Of a DNA stretch of 34,197 bases, positions 24,492 through 33,550 are shown one piece after another. The stretch's first letter is position 1. Each line of letters starts with the position of its first letter. Below the pieces are notes generated by a model. That model was not told the DNA's origin. It saw only the letters and a program-made list of their open reading frames with translations, and ran no database searches. The stretch comes from a virus (lineage: Duplodnaviria; Caudoviricetes), in IMG/VR virus record IMGVR_UViG_3300020045_016851, positions 1-34,197 of that record, one strand, 5' to 3'. The translations under genes were made by a program, and so were the position numbers.

Positions 24492-24790
24492 TGGAGAGCC
24501 AGGCCATCGTCGATGATCGTGGCGCTGCGCAACATCGCCGCAGCCAGGCTCCGGGCATGATCGGGCGTCATGGTTATTTGCAGTCCGGCGGCGCGACCGC
24601 GCGGATCAGGCGCCGGCGCGCCAAGCATGAGATAAACGAGGCTGCCGAATTCGCCGGCACGGACAATCTTTGCCGGGTGAACCGTGACCATCCCGAGCGA
24701 ATCGAGATCGATCTGGAATGGTGCGAACCTGGGCGCGTGGCCAGTGACCGTTTCGCAGTCAGCGACTTTGTAAGCTTTCAGGGTTTTCAT
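24488..24790 (-). CDS. Hypothetical protein
   Basis: GGAG RBS, MKTLKAYK..., ATGA overlaps. Confidence 0.65.
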   Translation of the reverse strand: MKTLKAYKVADCETVTGHAPRFAPFQIDLDSLGMVTVHPAKIVRAGEFGSLVYLMLGAPAPDPRGRAAGLQITMTPDHARSLAAAMLRSATIIDDGLALQ

Positions 24791-24984
24791 GAGGTGCTCC
24801 AAAGCAGGGAGAGGCAGCAAAGGGTGGTGGCGGCAAGCAACGCGGACAACAGGGGGACGCGAGCGGTGGTGGCTGCACGGAGCGCCACGGCATGGTCAAG
24901 CATTGCCGGGTGCCAGTCAAAGTGACCGTCGAGCGCGGCGAGATTCTGGAAATGGCGGGTGCGGGCGCGGGTCATGTTGGTCAT
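24787..24984 (-). CDS. Hypothetical protein with C-terminal hydrophobic segment
   Basis: GAGGG RBS; ATGA overlaps on both sides. Confidence 0.55.
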   Translation of the reverse strand: MTNMTRARTRHFQNLAALDGHFDWHPAMLDHAVALRAATTARVPLLSALLAATTLCCLSLLWSTS

Positions 24985-25286
24985 GCCCTCGCCTTTGCGA
25001 TCGCCGCCCGGGCGCGGTCCAGCCAGCCCCCCGGATCGCGTGGCACGTTCCACGGCCCGCCATCCTTGCCATAAAGCGCGATGGCGTTTTCGAGCGCCGC
25101 CAGCAGGTCGGGCGCCGCCGCGATCAGCCGGCTGTTTGCAAAAGTTTCGCGACCCGGGCGCAGATTGCAGACCGCGCAGGCGATGGCCCGACAATCTTCG
25201 GTATCGTCGCGCAGCACGATGTTGATGTCGCCAAACATGTCCGGCATTTCGGCCTGCCACGGGCCCGGCGTGTGATCCCCCCTCAT
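24981..25286 (-). CDS. Conserved phage early protein (HTPGPW / RLIAAAPDLL family)
   Basis: 'HTPGPW' and 'ANSRLIAAAPDLLAALE' motifs common in phage early-left operons. Confidence 0.85.
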   Translation of the reverse strand: MRGDHTPGPWQAEMPDMFGDINIVLRDDTEDCRAIACAVCNLRPGRETFANSRLIAAAPDLLAALENAIALYGKDGGPWNVPRDPGGWLDRARAAIAKARA

Positions 25287-25417
25287 GCCAGCGGCCTGGC
25301 ATGCAGGGCGGCGGCGATCCGGGACGCGTTGGCGACCAGCGTGAAAGCGAGATCCGCCAGTGCGCCCAGCGCGATGCCGGCGGTGGCCAGAATGGCGATG
25401 ATGTGGAGCGCGGTCAC
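25283..25417 (-). CDS. Small membrane protein (44 aa, not in ORF track)
   Basis: Hand translation MTALHIIAILATAGIALGALADLAFTLVANASRIAAALHARPLA; GTGA and ATGA overlaps fill the gap exactly. Confidence 0.65.
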   Translation of the reverse strand: MTALHIIAILATAGIALGALADLAFTLVANASRIAAALHARPLA

Positions 25418-25620
25418 CGCTGCAGCTCGTGCCGGCGGCGCAGCTCGTGCGGTTCGCACCAGCGGCTGACGCCCGAACCGATGACATGGACAGCACCGTC
25501 GCGCATGCGCTGACGAACAGTGACGGGCAGGAGCAGAATGACCTCGTCACCCGCCTGCATCGCCAGCGGCACAGGATCGGGAACGAGGGATTTGCGGGAT
25601 ACGGTTGCAGATTTTGCCAT
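25414..25620 (-). CDS. Hypothetical protein, first gene of the leftward operon
   Basis: GGAG RBS; directly after the PL-like promoter. Confidence 0.65.
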   Translation of the reverse strand: MAKSATVSRKSLVPDPVPLAMQAGDEVILLLPVTVRQRMRDGAVHVIGSGVSRWCEPHELRRRHELQR

Positions 25621-25644
25621 GAGAAGCTCCGATTTGATGCCGGC

Positions 25645-25695
25645 CATTCTCATTAGATAAATCTCATTGTCAAGCGAGCAGTGAGAAATTCCTCA
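25645..25695 (-). promoter_or_regulatory. PL-like promoter with two operators (25653-25666, 25682-25695)
   Basis: Minus-strand TTGACA -35; TGAGATTTATCTAA in the spacer; TGAGAAATTCCTCA upstream. Confidence 0.8.
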
Positions 25696-25747
25696 ATTGC
25701 TCTGGGTGTAATGAGTTGCAACAATGATTTTCCATAGGGAGGCGGAT

Positions 25748-26251
25748 ATGAAGCGTTGCACGGTTTGCGCCGAACAAATTCAATCTGCGGCTCTCAAATG
25801 TCGTTATTGCGGTGGCGCCCAGCCTGAAGGCGGTGAATTTCGAGAGACCCGCGACAATTTGCTTCGGCTCGGGCTCATCTTCGGGCTAATTTTTTCAATT
25901 TACGCATGCGTCAAGGCTGTTGGAGGCCAAAAGCTGGATGTGCCGGAGGTGGCAATAGGAATTCCGCCTCTTACGGACAAAGAACTCGCGTTTTGTGATA
26001 ATGGTTTCGATCTTTTGTTAAAAGACCCAGCGTTTTCATCTTCGCCAAGTGCGGGGCGGGTGGATCTGGACGATGCCACATGGGCTAAAACCCCTGCCAA
26101 AGAAAAGCGGGCTATTCTTTCAATTGTGGCATGTCATGCATTCCGTGTCGCCCCGTCAGAATTGGCTAGTGACCAATACTCGGTCGTGTATGGGGCGATT
26201 TCCGGGAAGGAATTGGCGTCACTAACATCTTTTGGTTTTGACTTTAAATAA
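25748..26251 (+). CDS. Zinc-ribbon membrane protein (immunity-region accessory gene)
   Basis: 'KRCTVCAEQIQSAALKCRYCG', one TM helix, GGGAGG RBS, visibly lower GC. Confidence 0.8.
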   Translation: MKRCTVCAEQIQSAALKCRYCGGAQPEGGEFRETRDNLLRLGLIFGLIFSIYACVKAVGGQKLDVPEVAIGIPPLTDKELAFCDNGFDLLLKDPAFSSSPSAGRVDLDDATWAKTPAKEKRAILSIVACHAFRVAPSELASDQYSVVYGAISGKELASLTSFGFDFK

Positions 26252-26986
26252 TCAAATTCCAAATAATTCCCGAAGGGGGATCACGCGGTGGATAGCTGAA
26301 ATTCTATTTTTATCGATCCGGAACCTCTCTGCGGGATTGTATTGTTCAAGTTCAACGAAGCTTGCGCTTCGTGTGACCAGTGTCTTGATCAGTGAGGCTT
26401 CGAACTTTTGGCCATCATCGCCATTGTCCTGCACCAGTTGCACGACCACGCTATCACCAATCTGGGGCGCACGACGGGGGTCAACAAAAATAGGGTCGCC
26501 TGGATAATAGCGCGGCTGCATTGAAAATCCGACCATTTCAAGGCCGTATACATCACGGCGATTGGCGAGTGATGGCGGGCGGCGAAAATAGTCGATGATC
26601 TGACCCTGCTCGATACGAATAGATTCAACTGAGACCCCGTGGCCATTGGACGGGAATGCGATTTCACCGCCTTCGACGCTGCCCATGACGGGTATATCAC
26701 GAGGGAGGTCGAGGGGGCGGAATGAGAGTGTGGCACTGGCTAGAGCTGTCGCCGTCGCGGCAGGCGCGGTGGGTGGTGTGTCCAATGCCCAGAATTGCGC
26801 CGGGCTGAGGCCAATGACTTCCAGCACTTTTTCGAGGTTGTCGACGCGTGGGCGGCGACCTTTGCGAACGTCCTGGAAGAAACTGCTGCTCACTTTGGCT
26901 TCGCGTGCCCACGCGGCTTCGCTTAGTTCGAGCGGCCTCAAGGCGGAAAGCCGCTCGTAAATTGAGTTTTTTATAGCGGCTGCCAT
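26252..26986 (-). CDS. cI: CI-like repressor (HTH plus S24 peptidase)
   Basis: HTH 'LSEAAWAREAKVSSSFFQDVRKG'; S24 Ser 'GFSMQPRYYPGD' and Lys 'LIKTL'; divergent from cro; start uncertain. Confidence 0.92.
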   Translation of the reverse strand: MAAAIKNSIYERLSALRPLELSEAAWAREAKVSSSFFQDVRKGRRPRVDNLEKVLEVIGLSPAQFWALDTPPTAPAATATALASATLSFRPLDLPRDIPVMGSVEGGEIAFPSNGHGVSVESIRIEQGQIIDYFRRPPSLANRRDVYGLEMVGFSMQPRYYPGDPIFVDPRRAPQIGDSVVVQLVQDNGDDGQKFEASLIKTLVTRSASFVELEQYNPAERFRIDKNRISAIHRVIPLRELFGI

Positions 26987-26990
26987 GGCG

Positions 26991-27078
26991 TGAGGAATAT
27001 CGCGCTGCCATGATGAGACGTCACCTTGAGAGATATCTAAAATATTACCTTGCATGATGAGATTTATCTCACTAGCTT
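26991..27078 (+). promoter_or_regulatory. OR operators and PR promoter
   Basis: TTGCAT-17 bp-TAGCTT (27050-27078) with TGAGAT-TT-ATCTCA (27058-27071) in the spacer; related sites at 27027-27040 and 26991-27004. Confidence 0.82.
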
Positions 27079-27087
27079 TTGCGCATT

Positions 27088-27342
27088 ATGAAAGCACCAA
27101 CCGACGCTGAGCTGCTCTGCCATATCGAGGGATTCCTCGACCGAACAGGGATGACCCAAAGCCGTTTTGGCATTGAGGCCACGGGAGAGGGGGGGTTGGT
27201 CAAAACCATTCGTGAGGGGCGATCGCTTTCGCTGCGCAGTGTGCAAAAGCTGCTCGATTTTATCGACGGCTACGCCCCGCAGGCTGCTGAGGTCACATCT
27301 AATCATCCCCGCCCTTCTAATCTCATTGCGGGTGCGGAATAA
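27088..27342 (+). CDS. cro: Cro-like HTH regulator
   Basis: 'IEGFLDRTGMTQSRFGIEATGEGGLVKTIREGRS'; divergent from cI. Confidence 0.85.
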   Translation: MKAPTDAELLCHIEGFLDRTGMTQSRFGIEATGEGGLVKTIREGRSLSLRSVQKLLDFIDGYAPQAAEVTSNHPRPSNLIAGAE

Positions 27343-27761
27343 TGGCCGACGTGTCGCAAAAGGCGCGCAATGCCGTCGACCATCAGGCGAACATGTTCCG
27401 CCTGGCCGATGCCCGTCACAATCTGTCACGGTCGGCGCTGTCGACGTTGACCGGGATCCCGGAAAGCACGCTGAAAGGCTGGGCGCGGGGCACGACGATG
27501 CCGGCATGGGCACTGGGCGCGCTGGGCGAGGCGGGGGTGCCCGATGAATTGCTGTCGCTGATCCTGGACCCGTTCGAGCGGCATGTCGGCACGAACGAGA
27601 CCGGCGAAGGCGACCTGGCCCGGCTGGGTCGGGAAGCGGTGGGGTTCACCCATGCGTTGCTGGATGCCGAAGCCGATGGCGTGGTCACGCCGATCGAGCG
27701 GGCGCGCCTGAAAGAGAGTGCGGGCCGCGTGGCGGCGATTGCGCGGCGGGCGTCGGCATGA
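27342..27761 (+). CDS. CII-like regulator
   Basis: HTH 'LSRSALSTLTGIPESTLKGW', C-terminal 'ADGVVTPIER'; follows cro. Confidence 0.7.
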   Translation: MADVSQKARNAVDHQANMFRLADARHNLSRSALSTLTGIPESTLKGWARGTTMPAWALGALGEAGVPDELLSLILDPFERHVGTNETGEGDLARLGREAVGFTHALLDAEADGVVTPIERARLKESAGRVAAIARRASA

Positions 27762-28318
27762 CCGGGGGCGTCGGCATGACCGGGGGCAGCACCATGACGA
27801 TCAGCGTCGGGCCGTTGTCATCGGCGATCGCCCTGAATGAATTCGAAGCGTGGATGCAGCGGGCGACCGTGGGCAGCGACATTGTCTATGCGACCGGGCC
27901 GGCGATGCCGCGCATGTCGGCGACGTGCGCGCTGGTCGGCGAATATGGGCGCGCCGGACTGCTGCACCCGTTCAAGCGGACCTGCGCGGGCGGGTTCCAG
28001 TATATCGCGCGGCGCATCCGGAGGACGGTTGTCGATGCCGCGCCGGTGGCGGCGGTCGCGGCCGCACCCGGTGCGGTCGACGATGTCGAGGCACGGCTGC
28101 TGCGCCTGTTGAAGCGGACCGCGAATTTTGCGCTGCCATGCCCGACCAATGCCGAGATTGCCGTGGCGCTGGACCTGAAAGACGAGGCGGCGGCGTCGTA
28201 CCGGATGCGCAAGCTGGTCGCGGCCGGGTTGATATCCATCCTCGACCACGGGCCGAACAGGCGGCGCATCGTGACGATCGCGGGGACCAGTTTCAAGACA
28301 CGGGAGGGCCAGTTGTGA
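27758..28318 (+). CDS. Hypothetical protein with C-terminal winged HTH
   Basis: 'PCPTNAEIAVAL...MRKLVAAGLI'. Confidence 0.75.
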   Translation: MTGGVGMTGGSTMTISVGPLSSAIALNEFEAWMQRATVGSDIVYATGPAMPRMSATCALVGEYGRAGLLHPFKRTCAGGFQYIARRIRRTVVDAAPVAAVAAAPGAVDDVEARLLRLLKRTANFALPCPTNAEIAVALDLKDEAAASYRMRKLVAAGLISILDHGPNRRRIVTIAGTSFKTREGQL

Positions 28319-28530
28319 TGATACAGGCATGGGACAACCGCGAACCGCACGATGATGTGGCAGCGATGATGGCTGTTTTCCGCCCCGCGACACAGGAAAT
28401 CGCGGTGTATTTCGGCGAAGAGGCGTTCGTAATCACGGTCGAGGAGGCGCGGCAGGTGGTCGCGGTGTTCACCGGCGCGCTGGACGTGGCCGACCGGGCG
28501 CGGGCCATGGCGACCGGTGGCGGACGATGA
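28318..28530 (+). CDS. Hypothetical protein
   Basis: GGGAGG RBS; TGATG and ATGA coupling. Confidence 0.65.
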   Translation: MIQAWDNREPHDDVAAMMAVFRPATQEIAVYFGEEAFVITVEEARQVVAVFTGALDVADRARAMATGGGR

Positions 28531-29570
28531 GCGTCGCGCAGGATCATGTCGACATGGTCGTTTCCGCGCTGCGCTGTGCGCCACCAGCGGGGGATGCGGC
28601 ATGGTTTCACCGGACATTGGGCCGGGCGACCGGGTTACAGGCCGGCGCGGTGCGCGCGGCCGTCACCAGTCTGCGTCGCGCAGGCAAGATCCATTTCACG
28701 AACCTGGTGCTGTCGCCGTCAATGCTGGTCGAGGCTTGCCCGAAGGTCGCGGCCAGCATGCCAATGGCGGATGACAGTGCCAGCACCCCCTCCGGAAGGA
28801 AAGGAAGCTCTTTTCCGGAGGGGGTGAAGGATGGGCCGGAGGGCGCGAGCGCCGGGCCAGAGGGCGCGCAGATTGAGGCGGTGCTAGCCGAGGTGGCGCG
28901 CACGCCGGAGGATCTGGCGCGCATCGAGGCGGGGCGCGTGACCGGGCCCGAACTTTATGCCGAAATCGACGAATGGTGCCGCGAAAACGGGGTGAGTCAT
29001 AACCGGTTCTGCGAACTGGCGGGGCGGGGCACATGTTTTGTGCGGACGATCGGCGCGGCCAAGCTGCCCCGGATCGATACCGTGATCGCCGCGCGCGAAA
29101 CAATGGGGCGACCATTGCCCGCCACCGTGATGGACGCCATCCGGGCCAAGGTGCCGACCTATCGCGTCGGCCGGGCCGAGCGCCTGGCCGACGCGACGCG
29201 CGCGCGGGAAGCGCTGGAAGCGCGACGCGAGGCGGTGCAGGCGGAATACCGGTCGCGGGAATCGCGGCAGCGGGAAGTGGCCGCCCAAGAGGCACGGGCG
29301 ATCAACCACAAGATCAACGCGGCGCGCACGCCGATGGCAAGCCATAAAGCGGCGCCGGTGGCGATCGATGTCGTGCAGGGGTTGTCCGCCGGGCACCAGA
29401 TGCAGGCAATGATGATCGACAGTGTCGAGGACACAATGGCGTTCGTGCGGCGGGCGTGGCCCGACGTCTGGCAACGGGTGATCGAGGCGCCCCGGGCCCT
29501 GAAAATGGGGCCGGCGCCGGCGATGATGCATGTGATCGAGGCTGGGCTGGACCAGGTGGCGGCGACATGA
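28527..29570 (+). CDS. Hypothetical multidomain protein with HTH-like segments
   Basis: 347 aa; Cro-like 'IDEWCRENGVSHNRFCELAG'; ATGA overlaps. Confidence 0.7.
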   Translation: MSVAQDHVDMVVSALRCAPPAGDAAWFHRTLGRATGLQAGAVRAAVTSLRRAGKIHFTNLVLSPSMLVEACPKVAASMPMADDSASTPSGRKGSSFPEGVKDGPEGASAGPEGAQIEAVLAEVARTPEDLARIEAGRVTGPELYAEIDEWCRENGVSHNRFCELAGRGTCFVRTIGAAKLPRIDTVIAARETMGRPLPATVMDAIRAKVPTYRVGRAERLADATRAREALEARREAVQAEYRSRESRQREVAAQEARAINHKINAARTPMASHKAAPVAIDVVQGLSAGHQMQAMMIDSVEDTMAFVRRAWPDVWQRVIEAPRALKMGPAPAMMHVIEAGLDQVAAT

Positions 29571-29650
29571 CCGGGTGTGACATGGCCGGGTGTGACATGG
29601 CCGGGTGTGACATGGCCGGGCTGTTTCACGGGCCGGGTGTGACATGGCCG
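29564..29650 (+). repeat. 15-bp tandem repeat GACATGGCCGGGTGT (~3.8 copies plus one displaced copy)
   Basis: Read directly; encodes MTGCDMAGCDMAGCDMAG. Confidence 0.9.
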
Positions 29651-30298
29651 GCGCGCGAACCCGCCATCGCCGCCGCGTCGCCCCGTGGGCTGGGCCGGGC
29701 AATGGCGGGTGGCGGGGGCAAGGTCGAGCGGCAGGGCAATGATTATTACCCGACGCCGCCGGCCTGCACCCGCGCGCTGGTGGAAGCCGAAATGGTGCCG
29801 TTGCGGGCGTATTCCGGAGCGTTGGCCGGAGCGCGGGCGCTGCCGATCTGGGAACCGTGCGGACGCGGTGGCGCGATTGCGGCGGTGCTGGTCGAGCATG
29901 GTTTTGCGACGATTGCATCTGACCTGATTGCCGATCCCGATCACGGGGTGCGCGATGCCAATTTGCTGGCAATCACGCGGGCCTGGTCGCCGGTGGTCAT
30001 CACGAATCCGCCCTTTGCCCTGGCCGAAGAGATGATCCGCCATTTGCTGGGTGAATTACAGGTGGAGTATCTGGCGCTGCTGCTGAAATCGACATTCTGG
30101 CACGCGGCCGGGCGCACCGGGTTGTGGCGCCGCCACGTGCCCGCGCGCGTCTGGGCCCTGAACTGGCGACCGGATTTCATGAGGCTGGGCGCGCCGACGA
30201 TGGAGTGCATCTGGACCGTGTGGGACGGTCAAACCGTCGAAGGTGACACGCGCTATGGCGTGATGGCCCCGGCGCGGCCGACGGGGTTGTTCGGATGA
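29567..30298 (+). CDS. Orphan amino (N6-A/N4-C) DNA methyltransferase
   Basis: 'DYYPTP', SAM-binding 'IWEPCGRGGAI', catalytic 'ITNPPF'; true start may be a downstream ATG. Confidence 0.85.
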   Translation: MTGCDMAGCDMAGCDMAGLFHGPGVTWPAREPAIAAASPRGLGRAMAGGGGKVERQGNDYYPTPPACTRALVEAEMVPLRAYSGALAGARALPIWEPCGRGGAIAAVLVEHGFATIASDLIADPDHGVRDANLLAITRAWSPVVITNPPFALAEEMIRHLLGELQVEYLALLLKSTFWHAAGRTGLWRRHVPARVWALNWRPDFMRLGAPTMECIWTVWDGQTVEGDTRYGVMAPARPTGLFG

Positions 30299-30382
30299 AT
30301 TCGGGTCAAGAGGCCAGCGCTTCGCCCTGACAGACGCATCGCGTGTCGTCCTGTTCGCCCGTTGTCGGAGCCAAGCAAAATC

Positions 30383-33300
30383 GTGTCCATTTCCCCCGCC
30401 TTCCTCGACGAACTGCGCGCCCGAACATCGCTTTCCGCGCTGATTTCGAAAACGGTCAAGCTGCGCAAAGCGGGCCGTGACCATGACGGACTGTGTCCGT
30501 TCCATGCGGAAAAGTCGCCCAGCTTCACCGTCAGTGATGACAAGGGTTTTTACCACTGTTTCGGGTGCGGTGCGCATGGCGACGCCGTGCGGTGGCTGGT
30601 CGACCGGCAGGGGCTGGGTTTTATCGACGCCGTCGCCGAGCTGGCGGGCGCGGCCGGCATGGAGATGCCGCCGCGCGATGCACGGGCGACCGGCCGGGAG
30701 GACATTGCCGCACGGCTGATGCCGCTGCTCGACACGGCGGCGCGCTGGTACGCCCAGCAGCTGGAGCAGGCCGGGGCGATGCGGGACTATCTGGCCGGGC
30801 GCGACATTGGCGATGACATGGTGGCGGCGTTTGGCCTGGGCTATGCGCCTGGTGGGCGCGCCAGTGTGAAGGAGGCGTTTCAGGGCGTCGAGGCGCGCGA
30901 CCTGGCGGATGCGGGGATCGTGCGCGGCGCGAATGACGACAAGGCGGGGCAGGACTGGTTCCGCCAGCGCCTGATGATTCCGGTGCGCGATGCGCGCGGC
31001 CGGGTGGTCGGGTTTGCCGGGCGGGCGACCGGTGACACCAAGCCCAAATACATGAATTCGACCGATGGTCCGGTGTTTGACAAGGGGCGGTTGTTGTTCA
31101 ACCTGGACCGTGCGGCACCGGCCGCGCGGGAGCGGCGCCGGTTGATCGTGGTCGAGGGGCAATTCGATGCCATCGGCCTGGCGGCGGTCGGGATCGACGA
31201 AGTGGTGGCGCCGATGGGCACGGCCATTACCGAACATCAGATCGAACGCATGTGGCGGGTGCATCATTGCCCGGTGTTGTTGCTGGACGGGGACGCCGCC
31301 GGGCGCAAGGCGGCGCTGCGCGTGTGCGAACGGGCGGTGCCGATGATCGGTCCCGGCCGGTCATTCGCCGTGGCGACGATAGCCGAGGGGCAGGATCCCG
31401 ACACATTGCGCATTGCGGGCGGGCGCGCCGCGGTGGATGAGGCCATCGCGCGGGCGGAACCATTGTCGGTGTTTTTATGGGCGGCGGCGGCGGCGGTGGC
31501 CGACATGGCGACACCCGAAGGCCGGGCGGCGTTGTGGTTGCATCTGGCCGGGCTGGCCGGCACGATCGCCGACGCGGAAACGCGGTCGCAATATCTGAGC
31601 GACTGGCGCGCGCGGTTTGATGCGGTCGCGCCCCCGGCCCCGGCGACGGCAGAAGATGAAGAAATCCTTCCGGATGGAAGGTTGGCCGGGGCGACCGACG
31701 TGGAGCGGGCGCGGGTTCGGTTGATCGGGTCCGCGTGGTGGCAGGCACAGGCGGAAACCCCGCCGACGACGCCAGAGCGCCTGACGCGGCTGGCATGGAG
31801 TGCCGGGCGGCGCGCACGTGGCGGGTTGCTGGACCGTGACAGCGCACTGGACGCGATGTCCGCCATGGCGGATGCCATCGCCGGGGTGACAGGTGCTGAT
31901 GTCGTCACGTCATTCGAGGCCGGCGAGCGGCGCGGGTTTGATGCGTGGCCGCTGGTCGAGGCGCTGCGCTATGCGCTGCACCCGTTGACCGATCTTGGCA
32001 ATGCCGAGCGGTTCCGTGACCGGTTTGGCGCGCAGTTCCGGTTCACGACAGCCAAGGGATGGCTGGCCTGGGACGAGCGGCGCTGGAAGGTGCTGGATCA
32101 GGAAAAGGATGTCACGCCGGCGGAAGTCCAGGCGGCGGTGTTCGCCACGATCCGGGCGATACAGGATGAGGCGCGCGCGGTGCGTGACACCGGCGTCGCC
32201 GACGAGGATGGGAACCCGGACGGGGCCGATCACCTGATTGTAAAAGGCAAGGTGTTCGACCTGTTTTCGGCGATCATCGCCAAATGGGGGCGATCGTCGG
32301 AATCGGCAGGCAAGCTGAGTTGCATCGCCAATCTGGCGAAACGGTGGGTCACGGTGCCGATCGAGGACTTTGACACGGACCCGTTTGCCCTGAACGTCAC
32401 GAACGGGACATTGCGGTTCAAACGCCAGCGAACCGAAAACGGGACATGGCAGGTGCGGGTCGACCTGTGTTCGCATGTGCGCGGCGACCTGAACACCAAG
32501 CTGGCGCCGGTTGAATACAGCCCGGAGGCCGAAAGTCCGTTGTATGATGACATGCTGGCCTGGGCACAGCCGGATGCGGCGATGCGGCGGTATTTGCACC
32601 AGTGGGGCGGGTATTCGTCCAGCGGCCATGTGGGCGAGCAGAAGCTGCAATTCTGGTATGGATTGGGCGCCAATGGCAAGTCGACCGTGATCGATGCATG
32701 GGCCCATGTGCTGGGCGATTATGCCGGGACAATCGGGATCGAGACGTTCCTGGATCAGGGCATCAAGAAGCGTGGCGACGCGGCGACGCCGGATCTGGCC
32801 AGGCTGGGCGGGGTGCGCCTGTTGCGCGCATCGGAGCCCGAACGCGGGGCCAAGCTGAATGAAGCGCTGATCAAAGCGGTCACGGGCGGCGAACCATTGG
32901 CCGTGCGGGCGCTGAACAAGGGTTTTTTCGATCTGCGCCCGGCGTTCAAGCTGACGTGCAGTTTCAACGACAAGCCGGCGATCCCCGGAACGGATGAGGG
33001 GATTTGGCGGCGCGTCAAACTTGTGCCATGGGAACAGCACCGCGCGAAAGCCGAGCGGGACGAGGAATTGCCAGAAAAACTGAAGCGCGAAGCGTCTGGC
33101 ATTTTCGGTCATCTGGTGGCAGGGTTGCTCGACTGGATGGAACATGGCTTTGCCGAGCCCAGCAAGGTCGTCGAGGCCACGGCGGACTATCGGGACGATA
33201 GCGACCCGCTGGCGCGGTTCCTGCGGCTCTGTACGGAAGCTGGTGGTGTCAATGACCATGTCCAGTCATCGAAGCTGCACAGCGTGTTTTGCGCATGGGC

Positions 33301-33550
33301 GAAGGCCGCCGGCGAAAAGGAGTGGACGCAGGTCGGCTTTTCAAAGGCGATGAAGGCCAAGGGGCATACCAACAAGGCGTCGAACGGGATGCAGTGGCTG
33401 GGCCTGAAGCTGGTCCGGACAGTCGGCGATTTCATCGACGGGGAAGGGCGCGTGGTGCTTGACCCAGGGGGATCGTCCGGCGGGTTCGGGAGCGATAACC
33501 CCCACGCCCCGGACAATGGGGGCCTCGATGACGATGATATACTTCCATAA
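30383..33550 (+). CDS. DnaG-type primase (CHC2 zinc finger plus Toprim) fused to P4/D5-type SF3 helicase
   Basis: 'CPFHAEKSPSF...YHCFGCG', 'KYMNS', 'VEGQFD', 'DGDAAG', 'TDLGNAERF', Walker A 'GLGANGKST'; GTG 30383 preferred over TTG 30362. Confidence 0.93.
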   Translation: MSISPAFLDELRARTSLSALISKTVKLRKAGRDHDGLCPFHAEKSPSFTVSDDKGFYHCFGCGAHGDAVRWLVDRQGLGFIDAVAELAGAAGMEMPPRDARATGREDIAARLMPLLDTAARWYAQQLEQAGAMRDYLAGRDIGDDMVAAFGLGYAPGGRASVKEAFQGVEARDLADAGIVRGANDDKAGQDWFRQRLMIPVRDARGRVVGFAGRATGDTKPKYMNSTDGPVFDKGRLLFNLDRAAPAARERRRLIVVEGQFDAIGLAAVGIDEVVAPMGTAITEHQIERMWRVHHCPVLLLDGDAAGRKAALRVCERAVPMIGPGRSFAVATIAEGQDPDTLRIAGGRAAVDEAIARAEPLSVFLWAAAAAVADMATPEGRAALWLHLAGLAGTIADAETRSQYLSDWRARFDAVAPPAPATAEDEEILPDGRLAGATDVERARVRLIGSAWWQAQAETPPTTPERLTRLAWSAGRRARGGLLDRDSALDAMSAMADAIAGVTGADVVTSFEAGERRGFDAWPLVEALRYALHPLTDLGNAERFRDRFGAQFRFTTAKGWLAWDERRWKVLDQEKDVTPAEVQAAVFATIRAIQDEARAVRDTGVADEDGNPDGADHLIVKGKVFDLFSAIIAKWGRSSESAGKLSCIANLAKRWVTVPIEDFDTDPFALNVTNGTLRFKRQRTENGTWQVRVDLCSHVRGDLNTKLAPVEYSPEAESPLYDDMLAWAQPDAAMRRYLHQWGGYSSSGHVGEQKLQFWYGLGANGKSTVIDAWAHVLGDYAGTIGIETFLDQGIKKRGDAATPDLARLGGVRLLRASEPERGAKLNEALIKAVTGGEPLAVRALNKGFFDLRPAFKLTCSFNDKPAIPGTDEGIWRRVKLVPWEQHRAKAERDEELPEKLKREASGIFGHLVAGLLDWMEHGFAEPSKVVEATADYRDDSDPLARFLRLCTEAGGVNDHVQSSKLHSVFCAWAKAAGEKEWTQVGFSKAMKAKGHTNKASNGMQWLGLKLVRTVGDFIDGEGRVVLDPGGSSGGFGSDNPHAPDNGGLDDDDILP

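Noticed and set aside
29564-29650. CRISPR mini-array or Racr-like solitary repeat
   Set aside because: Head-to-tail 15-mers without spacers; no CRISPR-like repeat recognised anywhere by eye
29567-30298. Restriction-modification system
   Set aside because: No neighbouring endonuclease recognisable; orphan methyltransferase in the replication operon
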